Origin: Acaryochloris marina MBIC11017
GTDB lineage: Bacteria; Cyanobacteriota; Cyanobacteriia; Thermosynechococcales; Thermosynechococcaceae
NCBI RefSeq assembly: GCF_000018105.1
Contig: NC_009925.1
Span: 5,190,001-5,222,000 of the forward strand
Direction: 5' to 3'
Length of the DNA: 32,000 nucleotides
Shown: piece after piece, positions 1 through 8,578 of the stretch
How the letters are laid out: each line of letters begins with the position of its first letter
Position numbering within the stretch: the first letter of the stretch is position 1
Notes under the pieces: generated by a model
The model's input: only the letters and a program-made list of their open reading frames with translations
The model's database searches: none
Told to the model about the DNA's origin: nothing
Made by a program: the position numbers and the translations under genes

Positions 1-4
1 AAAA

Positions 5-1123
5 GTGATGGATCGACGTTCTTTTTTACAGACCTTAGGTGCAGTAACCTTGAGTCAATTATTAGGGGCCTGTCAACAGAACAACCGCACCGCATTACAA
101 GTAAATTTGTTGCAGAAGACCTTACCCCCTCAATTGGTAGATAAATTCCGCTCAAACTCAAATATTCCTTTACAAATTTCCCTTAAATCCTCTACCCAGG
201 AAATTTTTACTCAGCTCCAAAAATGGAACAAAGAAGATCAAAAGCAAAGGTCTGAGAAAGTACCTTCAGAAGATCAACCCAAACTCCCATCCCGATTAGC
301 CAGCCTAGGAGATTACTGGTTACCCCAAGCGATCCAGCAAAACCTAATCCAACCCCTATCCGCCGATGATCTGAATCGATGGTCCGCCTTAGCGCCTCAA
401 TGGCAGCAGCTCGTTCGTCGCGATCTGCAGGGCAATCCCAGCGCCGAAGGCAAAATTTGGGGGGCTCCCTATCGGTGGGGGGCCACCATGATTGCCTTTC
501 GAAAAGACAAATTCAGAGATTTAGGATGGCAACCCCAAGATTGGTCAGACTTATGGCGCTCTGAACTGAAGGAGCACATTAGCCTCCTCGATCAACCCCG
601 AGAGGTCATTGGTCTTACCCTCAAAAAACTGGGCCAGTCCTACAACTTAGAGGATCTAGACACCATTTCAGAACTCCCCCAAACCCTGAAGGAACTGAAT
701 GAGCAAACCCTCTTTTATGCCTCTAGCCAATATTTAGAGCCCCTAATCTTGGGAGATACCTGGGCTGCGGTGGGATGGTCATCTGACATATTACCCACTC
801 TAGCCCGAGAACCTGATTTGGAAGCAGTCTTCCCTGCATCTGGCTCAGCCTTGTGGGCGGATCTATGGGTCCAAGTCCAACCGAGTGAAACGATTAATCA
901 ATGGATTAATTACTGGTGGGAAGACACCGTTGCCAATAATTTATCCAAATTTACAGATACCATCTCCCCGCTGTTATCCACCACACTTCCGGTCAAGTCG
1001 CAAAGCCATCGACTTGTTGCCGCTCCTAAGCAGTTCGAAAGGAGTGAGTTCTTGTTCCCCCTCTCACCACCCACCCTGCAACAATACGAACGTCTGTGGC
1101 AAGCTATGCGAATACCAGTCTAA
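5..1123 (+). CDS. ABC-transporter substrate-binding lipoprotein, PotD/PotF-like (polyamine-type, SBP family 1)
   Basis: 372-aa ORF. The N-terminus MDRRSFLQTLGAVTLSQLLGAC carries a twin-arginine-like RRxFL motif followed by a lipobox (L-G-A-C). The mature part is W/Y-rich, with a GAPYRWGATMIAFRKD core resembling PotD-family binding proteins. No permease or ATPase gene lies next to it in the window. The substrate is inferred from family resemblance only. Confidence 0.6.
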   Translation: MMDRRSFLQTLGAVTLSQLLGACQQNNRTALQVNLLQKTLPPQLVDKFRSNSNIPLQISLKSSTQEIFTQLQKWNKEDQKQRSEKVPSEDQPKLPSRLASLGDYWLPQAIQQNLIQPLSADDLNRWSALAPQWQQLVRRDLQGNPSAEGKIWGAPYRWGATMIAFRKDKFRDLGWQPQDWSDLWRSELKEHISLLDQPREVIGLTLKKLGQSYNLEDLDTISELPQTLKELNEQTLFYASSQYLEPLILGDTWAAVGWSSDILPTLAREPDLEAVFPASGSALWADLWVQVQPSETINQWINYWWEDTVANNLSKFTDTISPLLSTTLPVKSQSHRLVAAPKQFERSEFLFPLSPPTLQQYERLWQAMRIPV

Positions 1124-1797
1124 AACACACTTCGAGGATAATTTGGGTTTAACCAAAGCCGACAAGGTAAAGCCTGGGTGGACTTAGGATCTGCATAGTC
1201 CGGAATCGGTTGAGATCGTTCATCCAGCATGCTGGGAATGAACTGTGGATCGCTTTGAGCAAAGTCACAGGTATAGGCCCCTAAGACAAAATCTTGGGAA
1301 TCTAGCACCATCAGCTGATAGCCAAAACTGCTAGCATCGGACCCAAACTTGAGCACAAATGCGTACCGTTCAAAGTAAGTATATCGAGTCCATAATTCGG
1401 GTCGAACCCTCACATTAATTTGTTGGTTGCCCACCTGCCCAACCCCATAGGCTTTCCAGTCCGAGACTAATTTTTCTCCGAATTGCTCATTGGTCCACCA
1501 AAGGCTGGGCACTGTAAACCCTTTTTGAGATGGGGTATCTGCAGAAATAATCGGCCCATCCGGACGATTTTCGATCAAGGTTTGTAATTCCATTGGTAGG
1601 GCATCCGAGGCCGGTTGGCGTCGGGGTTGAGCTATGGCAATGTCGCTGATCAAGTGAGTCAAACAGACCACCCCTCCCCAACAACATCCCATCATTCCAG
1701 CCTTCAGTCCCAGTCGTGGGGTCCCAAGCTGAAGCTTACAGGATGCCTGGCGGACGGTAGCTAGCCGACCTTTCAATAGGAGGAATAATCTTGACAT
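1120..1797 (-). CDS. Hypothetical protein, probably exported (start uncertain: 1797, or Met35/Met36 at 1695/1692)
   Basis: 225-aa ORF with no competing ORF. An internal MMGCCWGGVVCLTHLISDIAIAQP stretch looks like a signal peptide if translation starts at 1695. I recognise no family motif. Its stop overlaps the stop of the convergent gene at 1120-1123. Confidence 0.4.
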   Translation of the reverse strand: MSRLFLLLKGRLATVRQASCKLQLGTPRLGLKAGMMGCCWGGVVCLTHLISDIAIAQPRRQPASDALPMELQTLIENRPDGPIISADTPSQKGFTVPSLWWTNEQFGEKLVSDWKAYGVGQVGNQQINVRVRPELWTRYTYFERYAFVLKFGSDASSFGYQLMVLDSQDFVLGAYTCDFAQSDPQFIPSMLDERSQPIPDYADPKSTQALPCRLWLNPNYPRSVF

Positions 1798-1933
1798 TAC
1801 CTCAACTCTTGGGATGGTAGGGTTGAATGCACTTCCAATCCCGAAATATAGCTATAAAACAACAGCCAACTAGGCCAAAGACGCTTGTGATCAATAGTGG
1901 CCAGTTAAGGCTTAAAAAGTCAATGCAATCCAT

Positions 1934-1976
1934 CTAAATACTTTAGTCAATCCTTCAAATAGACTAAAGTATTTAG
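1934..1976. repeat. Perfect 15-bp inverted repeat (CTAAATACTTTAGTC / GACTAAAGTATTTAG) with a 13-nt spacer
   Basis: Read directly: 1934-1948 is the exact reverse complement of 1962-1976. It lies in the 602-bp AT-rich divergent intergenic region between the starts of the genes at 1797 (-) and 2400 (+). Confidence 0.85.
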
Positions 1977-2399
1977 AAATTGGCCAGATATATGATCCGA
2001 TCAAGAACCGGGTGCAATCTACTCATAGCCACCATTACAAGAAACAAGAAATATCAGTCCCTGATCCAAGGAAGCTGCTTTTTAACCAGCAGGATACAAA
2101 ATAGGGATGCAGAAATGAATACAGAAATATTTTAATCGCCAAAGAGTAATAATCACAAATATGCATAAGTCTACCTCTATTACTCTTCAGCAAAACTAGC
2201 AGTTTTACCCCTACAGAAGAGTAAGTTTAACTGACCAGAAGGTCCAATCATCCCTTTTGGAGATTGGCATCCAGCCCAGTGGAAACTATTTTTGGTAGTT
2301 GAATTTTGTTTTCTTAAAAAAAATCAAACAAGGGGACCGAAAATGATACAGTTTTTTTCTGGAAATGAAAATATTTTCTTGATCTAGATACCATTATTA

Positions 2400-5300
2400 A
2401 TGGGCATATTCAATATATTACATTCCTCCAAAGCTAACGACAGCTCTAGCATCTGTGAAGACACGATCCATGCGTTTAACGATGGCCTGACCATGACGGT
2501 TGACCACATCACCCTAAGTCGATACCAAATTCTAGAGCAACTATACGAAAGCTCTAGGACATTGGTTTATCGCGCCCACAACCAGGTCACTCAGACAGAT
2601 GTTGTCCTTAAGATACTTAAAACCCCCTACCCCACTGCTCAAGAATTAGCTGAGTTCCGGCATGAATATGAAATAGCCCGCGAGCTTGATGTCCCTGGAG
2701 TCGTTCAGCCGACTGCACTTTTACCTTATAACAACGGCTTGGCGATTGAGATGCCCGACTTCGGCGGTATCTCCCTCTCCGATTTTGCAACCCCTTCGAC
2801 CGAGCATGGGAAGCCCCGTTCTCCCATGGCTATCCATATATTTTTAGACATTGCTCTTCAGTTAGCGAAAGCGTTAGAGAGTCTGAGTCAGTATCAGATT
2901 ATTCATAAGGATATTAAGCCTCACAATATTGTTGTTCACCCTCAAACCTTAGAAACAAAACTAATTGATTTCAGCCTGGCATCTCTATTGCCTCGAGAAA
3001 GCACTGCTTTACTGAGTCCTAAATTGCTAGAAGGAACGCTACTCTATCTTTCTCCAGAGCAAACGGGACGCATGAACCGGAAGGTGGACTATCGAACAGA
3101 CTTTTACTCTTTAGGCATTACGTTTTATGAGTTGCTAACGGGCCAACTTCCTTTTCAGGCCCAAGATCCAATGGAATTGGTACATTGCCATATTGCTCAG
3201 GTCCCTGTTGCGCCGATCGTTATCAATCCCAATATTCCCGAAGTCCTCAACCAGATTGTCCTGAAGCTGATCGCTAAAATGGCTGAGGATCGGTATCAGA
3301 CCGCCTATGGACTCCATTACGACCTAGCCTACTGCCGTCATTTACTGCAAGAGCAAGGGCAAGTGAGTTCTTTTGCCCTTGCTCAAGAAGATCAGCCGAC
3401 GGATTTTGTCATTCCTGAAAAATTGTATGGCCGAACCCAAGAGGTTGAGATATTACTCAATACCTTTGAACGGGTTGCTCAAGGGGCCAGCGAACTGATG
3501 CTGGTCTCAGGGCATTCTGGTGTTGGCAAAACAGCCGTAATTAGCGAAATTCATAAGCCCATTGTTCGGCGACGGGGCTATTTTATTCAGGGCAAGTTTG
3601 ATCAGCTGCAGCAGAGCATGCCCTTCGCGGCACTTTTACAAGCTTTCCAAGATCTATGTCAGCAGTTATTGATGGAAAGCCCTGAGAGCGTCAAGCAGTG
3701 GCAAACCAAAATCCTGACTGCAGTGGGTGACAATGGCCAAGTCATTATTGATGTAATCCCTGAAGTAGAGCTGCTCATTGGTCCCCAACCCCCTGTGGCT
3801 GAACTCGAGCCTGGACCTACTTTAAATCGATTTAACCTTGTTTTTCAGCAGTTTTTCCAGATCTTTCCGGGGGTCGATCATCCTCTGGTTCTCTTCCTAG
3901 ACGATTTGCAATGGATTGATTCTGCCTCCTTAAAGTTCTTGCAATCTCTGTTAGAAGAGTCAGAACGAGGGTATCTATTGCTGATCGGGACGTATCGAGA
4001 CAACGAAGTTCTGGACGCTCATCCGTTGATGCAGACCCTAAGACGGCTCGAACAATCAGAACTCACCATCAGTCGGCTCCATCTGACAGCTTTACAAGCC
4101 AAGGATTTGAATGCACTGATCTCAGACACCTTGGCCTGCTCACCAGAGCAAACCTGTACCCTCACCCAATACTTGTTTCAGAAGACCCAGGGGAACCCCT
4201 TCTTTAGTCGACAATTCTTGCAAACGCTGGAGAAAGAACAGCTGATTCGGTTTAACCAAACCTTGCGATCTTGGGAATGGGATATTACTGAAATTCAGGC
4301 CTTGGCTCTGACAGGGGATGTCGTTGAATTTATGCGACGTCAGTTACTCAAGCTCTCGCCAGAAACGCAAGAAAGTCTCAAACTCGCGGCATGCATTGGT
4401 AATCGTTTTACCTTGAAGACTTTGGCCATTGTCTCTGGCACTAGCGAGGAGAAAACCGCTCAAACTTTATGGGAAGCTTTGCAGGCTGGGCTACTTGAAG
4501 GTATTAAAAATGTCAATCTGACAGAACAAATCCAAGCGGCTATAGACGAGAATCAACCTCTATCAATAGAGTCTCGAACATCAGGATTAGCCCCATCCAT
4601 CAGCACCTATACATTCCTCCATGACCGGATTCAGCAAGCGGCTTATTCCTTAATTCCATCGGGACAAAAACGAGCCACTCACTTAATGATTGGTCAACAG
4701 TTACTCAAGCTAGTTCCGGAGATGGAGCGGGATGAGCAAATCTTTGAGCTAGTCAATCAGCTCAACCGCGGGGCTACTCTGCTGGAAACATCAGAAGAAC
4801 AGGTGAACCTGGCTGAACTCAACCGAGTTGCAGCCAAAAAGGCACGGACCTCTACTGCCTATGATCTCGCTGCTGAATATGCCTCAATGGGTTTGACCCT
4901 TTTGGGGAAAGACGGATGGCAGCAGCACTATGATCTGACGTTGGCCTTATCTGAGCTGGCCGCGGAAGCGGCTTACTTGCACAGTGCAATTGGGACCATG
5001 GAATCATTGGTCGAGTCAATTCTCGCCCATGCCGCTCATCCCCTTGATCAGGTAAGGGCGTATGAAATCCAAATCCAAGCCTACACTTCTCATAACCGAC
5101 TGCTAGATGCCCTGGCCACCGCTCGCCAAGCCCTGGCTCGCTTTGGTATCCATTTTCCAGAATCACCTCAGCCAGAAGATATCCAAGCGGCCTTCCAAGA
5201 CCTTGCCCAAGAAACGGCACTGTTCAACGTTGCTGAGTTTGGCAATTTGCCAGTGATGCTTGAACAACAGCAGCTTGCGGTGATGGGAATTGCGGCCAGT

Positions 5301-8300
5301 ATGATCCCAGCAGCCTACATTGCTGCACCTGATTTATTTCCCTTAGTGACGGTATTGGGGGTTAAAACCAGCATTCGCCATGGCAACTCCCCTCTGGGGG
5401 CTTTCTTTTATGCCACCTACAGTATTTTACTCACAGGGGTGTTGCAGGATATTGACCTGGCAACAGAGTACAGTCACTTGGCACTCCAGGTGATGGAGAA
5501 GTTTGATGCCAAACCCGTTCAGCCCGCTGTTCTATATAGCTTGGGCGCGTTCGTTACTCATGATTCAGTGCATCTCCAAAATGCGATCGCACTCCTGCGC
5601 GAAGGTTATCAAATTGCATTGGATACAGGCAATCTAGAATTTGTTGGCTACTGTGCTAAGGATATTTGCCAATATTCCTATTTCTGCGGTCAAGACTTGG
5701 GCTCCTTAACGTCGGACATCCAAGCCTATGTCAAGATTCTAGACAAATTCCAAATCGCCACTACCGCCTCGTTTACCCGCCTGTTTTGGCAAGTGGTTCT
5801 CAATCTGCGAGGCCAAAACCAAACCCCCACCCAGTTAGTGGGAAAGGCCTATAACGAGGCGGATGTCTTACCTCAGATGGTGAGCACCAGCAATGTTGCG
5901 GGGCTGCACTTTTACAGTGTGCATAAACTCGTTCTCGGCTATTTATTCCATGACCGCGATCATCTCCAGGCCCTTGCGGATCAGGCCCGTTTCTATCTAG
6001 ACGGCGGCCCCGGCTATTTTACGGGAACGATTTATCACTTTTATGACTCCCTAGCCTTATTGGCCCTCGTTCCCACCGGATCGAGTATTCCTGAACCTTG
6101 GCAAGAAAGAATTGAGCAGAACCAGGCTTACTTAAAGCGCCGTGCTCAGTATGGTCCCATGAATGTCCAGCACAAGTATCATCTGGTGGAGGCGGAACGC
6201 TATCGAGTCTTAGGTGCTCATCTTGAGGCCATTGATGCTTACGATCTCGCCATTTCTTTAGCAACAGAGCATCATTTCACCCAAGAAGCCGCCCTAGCTC
6301 AGGAACTCGCCGCTCGGTTTTATTTGCAATGGGGCAAAACCACCATTGCCCAGACTTATATGGTGAATGCCTATTACGCCTACGAACGCTGGGGGGCAAC
6401 CGCCAAGCTGGCAGACCTGGAAAGTAACTATGCCCAGTTACTTGCCCCATTCCTGAATAGTGGGCTGCGAATTCAGGCATTAGAGTCCTTTAGTTTGGCC
6501 CGAACCCAACCCACCCACTCCAGCCACCAAGGTGGATTTAAAGGCCTGGACTGGGCTGCAGTCATGAAAGCCTGTCAAGCCCTATCTGAAGAGATTGAAA
6601 TCGAGCGACTCCTAGCCACCACAATGCAGGTGGTCATCGAGAATGCTGGCGCAGAGCGAGGCTGTTTGTTGTTATACCAAGATCAACAGCTCTGCTTAGT
6701 GGCGCAACACCCAGAGCAGGCAATGCAGCTTCCCATTTCTTTGAACCATGTGGGAATTAATGGTCACTTGCCTCTATCCCTGATTCACTACAGTGAACGA
6801 ACCCAAGAAACCCTGGTCATTCAGGATGGTCGTACTGAAACCAAATTTGCCGGTGACCTCTATCAAATTAATCAAGCGCCTCTGTCTCAGCTGTGCATGC
6901 CAATTCTACGGCAAGGGGACTTAGTCGGATTACTCTATCTAGAAAATAATTTAACTCCTGGGGCTTTCACCCCCAATCACTTAGAAGTCCTCCACCTGCT
7001 CGCTGCCCAAGCCGCCATTTCCATCGACAATGCCCAACTCTATGCCTCAGTTGAGAAAAAAGTCGCCCAACGGACCCAGCAACTCCGTACAGCCCAGCTC
7101 GAAGCCGAACACGCCAACCAAGCAAAAAGTGATTTCCTGGCCAGCATGAGTCATGAACTGCGCACTCCCCTCAATGCCATTTTGGGGTTTAGCCAGTTAA
7201 TGGCCCAAGATGCGAGGTTGCCGCAGCACCTAGGCGAATCTCTCGCCATCATTAATCGTAGCGGGGAACATTTACTTGATCTGATTAACGATGTATTAGC
7301 CCTCTCCAAAATTGAGGCAGGGAAAACCACCCTTCAACTCGATACGTTCAATTTTTATGAATTTTTACAGGCCATTCATGGCATGTTGCAGCTGAGGGCT
7401 AAATCCAAAAACCTGGACTTTCACTTCGAACAATCCCCTGATATCCCTGAAGTCATTCAAGCGGATGAACGCAAACTTCGCCAAATTCTGATTAATTTAT
7501 TGGGGAATGCCATTAAATTTACGGAACAGGGGCGGGTGACATTGCGAGTCACAAACGCCCACTCACAATCAGAGGGATTGACTCCCCCAGATATTTCTGT
7601 CCTCCAATTTGAAGTAGAAGACACAGGGGCTGGAATTGCAAAGGATGAACTCGATAGCGTTTTTGAAGCCTTCGTTCAAACCCAATCAGGCATTAAATCC
7701 CGGCAGGGTACTGGCCTAGGGCTCCCCATCAGTCAAAGCTTTGTGCAGCTCATGGGAGGCCAACTCCAAGTCCGCAGTGAAGAGGGTATCGGAACTTGCT
7801 TCTTTTTCAATTTGCCGGTTTTGGTAACGACCACTCCAGTCACCCACAAGCCGTCCCAACAGAAAATTCTTCGATTAGCGGAAGATCAACCAAATTACCG
7901 CATTTTAGTGGTGGAAGACCAAGTCGATAACCAACGACTCTTAATCGATCATTTATCCCCCCTCGGTTTTATGATGGCTGCCGTCAATGATGGTCCATCA
8001 GCCATTGAAAGTTGGCAATCTTGGCGCCCTCATTTAATCTGGATGGACTTACAGCTACCTGGGATGAATGGGCTAGAAGTTGCCAAAAAAATCAAGGACT
8101 TAGCCGCCGCTAGTAACAGCCCTCCGCCCATCATCATTGCCCTTACCGCTAATGCATTTGATGACGTTCGTATTCAAGCCCTGGCCAATGGTTGTGACGG
8201 ATTTGTCAGCAAGCCTTATATTTTGACGGAGATATTGGATTTAATGGCTGAAAAACTCAATCTTAGTTGGATTTATGAGGAGTCGACCCCTGTTCAGCCT

Positions 8301-8522
8301 CAGACCATTCCCGTTCGAACCCTTGACCCTGAACATCTCAACCGACTGCCGCTCACTTGGCGAGAGCAACTCAATCAGGCCGCTCTATTTTTAGATGAAG
8401 GTAAAGTGGTTGATCTTATTTCAGAAATTGAACCGAACCATCAAGAAATTGCTGCAAGCCTATACCAACTCGTCAAGGACTATCAGTTTGAAAGACTGAT
8501 TCACTTAACTGAGTCTAGCTGA
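2400..8522 (+). CDS. Giant multidomain sensor: Ser/Thr protein kinase + AAA/STAND-like P-loop ATPase + helical repeat region + GAF + HisKA/HATPase_c histidine kinase + receiver (HstK-like hybrid kinase)
   Basis: 2040-aa ORF.
- Kinase motifs: VVLKILK (catalytic Lys), IIHKDIKPHNIVV (catalytic loop), LIDFSLAS (DFG-like), LYLSPEQ (APE-like).
- P-loop VSGHSGVGKTAV and Walker B LVLFLDDLQWID.
- GAF-like segment ending LLYLENN.
- H-box SMSHELRTPLNAILGF (His codon 7152-7154), N-box LINLLGNAIKFT, G-boxes VEDTGAGI and GTGLGL.
- Receiver ILVVEDQVDN ... LIWMDLQLPGMNG (Asp codon 8046-8048).
- The start could instead be Met32 (2493). Confidence 0.9.
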   Translation: MGIFNILHSSKANDSSSICEDTIHAFNDGLTMTVDHITLSRYQILEQLYESSRTLVYRAHNQVTQTDVVLKILKTPYPTAQELAEFRHEYEIARELDVPGVVQPTALLPYNNGLAIEMPDFGGISLSDFATPSTEHGKPRSPMAIHIFLDIALQLAKALESLSQYQIIHKDIKPHNIVVHPQTLETKLIDFSLASLLPRESTALLSPKLLEGTLLYLSPEQTGRMNRKVDYRTDFYSLGITFYELLTGQLPFQAQDPMELVHCHIAQVPVAPIVINPNIPEVLNQIVLKLIAKMAEDRYQTAYGLHYDLAYCRHLLQEQGQVSSFALAQEDQPTDFVIPEKLYGRTQEVEILLNTFERVAQGASELMLVSGHSGVGKTAVISEIHKPIVRRRGYFIQGKFDQLQQSMPFAALLQAFQDLCQQLLMESPESVKQWQTKILTAVGDNGQVIIDVIPEVELLIGPQPPVAELEPGPTLNRFNLVFQQFFQIFPGVDHPLVLFLDDLQWIDSASLKFLQSLLEESERGYLLLIGTYRDNEVLDAHPLMQTLRRLEQSELTISRLHLTALQAKDLNALISDTLACSPEQTCTLTQYLFQKTQGNPFFSRQFLQTLEKEQLIRFNQTLRSWEWDITEIQALALTGDVVEFMRRQLLKLSPETQESLKLAACIGNRFTLKTLAIVSGTSEEKTAQTLWEALQAGLLEGIKNVNLTEQIQAAIDENQPLSIESRTSGLAPSISTYTFLHDRIQQAAYSLIPSGQKRATHLMIGQQLLKLVPEMERDEQIFELVNQLNRGATLLETSEEQVNLAELNRVAAKKARTSTAYDLAAEYASMGLTLLGKDGWQQHYDLTLALSELAAEAAYLHSAIGTMESLVESILAHAAHPLDQVRAYEIQIQAYTSHNRLLDALATARQALARFGIHFPESPQPEDIQAAFQDLAQETALFNVAEFGNLPVMLEQQQLAVMGIAASMIPAAYIAAPDLFPLVTVLGVKTSIRHGNSPLGAFFYATYSILLTGVLQDIDLATEYSHLALQVMEKFDAKPVQPAVLYSLGAFVTHDSVHLQNAIALLREGYQIALDTGNLEFVGYCAKDICQYSYFCGQDLGSLTSDIQAYVKILDKFQIATTASFTRLFWQVVLNLRGQNQTPTQLVGKAYNEADVLPQMVSTSNVAGLHFYSVHKLVLGYLFHDRDHLQALADQARFYLDGGPGYFTGTIYHFYDSLALLALVPTGSSIPEPWQERIEQNQAYLKRRAQYGPMNVQHKYHLVEAERYRVLGAHLEAIDAYDLAISLATEHHFTQEAALAQELAARFYLQWGKTTIAQTYMVNAYYAYERWGATAKLADLESNYAQLLAPFLNSGLRIQALESFSLARTQPTHSSHQGGFKGLDWAAVMKACQALSEEIEIERLLATTMQVVIENAGAERGCLLLYQDQQLCLVAQHPEQAMQLPISLNHVGINGHLPLSLIHYSERTQETLVIQDGRTETKFAGDLYQINQAPLSQLCMPILRQGDLVGLLYLENNLTPGAFTPNHLEVLHLLAAQAAISIDNAQLYASVEKKVAQRTQQLRTAQLEAEHANQAKSDFLASMSHELRTPLNAILGFSQLMAQDARLPQHLGESLAIINRSGEHLLDLINDVLALSKIEAGKTTLQLDTFNFYEFLQAIHGMLQLRAKSKNLDFHFEQSPDIPEVIQADERKLRQILINLLGNAIKFTEQGRVTLRVTNAHSQSEGLTPPDISVLQFEVEDTGAGIAKDELDSVFEAFVQTQSGIKSRQGTGLGLPISQSFVQLMGGQLQVRSEEGIGTCFFFNLPVLVTTTPVTHKPSQQKILRLAEDQPNYRILVVEDQVDNQRLLIDHLSPLGFMMAAVNDGPSAIESWQSWRPHLIWMDLQLPGMNGLEVAKKIKDLAAASNSPPPIIIALTANAFDDVRIQALANGCDGFVSKPYILTEILDLMAEKLNLSWIYEESTPVQPQTIPVRTLDPEHLNRLPLTWREQLNQAALFLDEGKVVDLISEIEPNHQEIAASLYQLVKDYQFERLIHLTESS

Positions 8523-8578
8523 GGTGAACCGTTCTCACCCTCCGCCTCTTTCAAGACATTACACCTATTAATTGCGGT

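Noticed and set aside
8523-8539. Weak hairpin GGTGA-ACCGTTC-TCACC right after the giant kinase stop, considered as a bidirectional terminator shared with larC.
   Set aside because: It has only a 5-bp perfect stem and no proper U-tract on either strand, so I did not call it.
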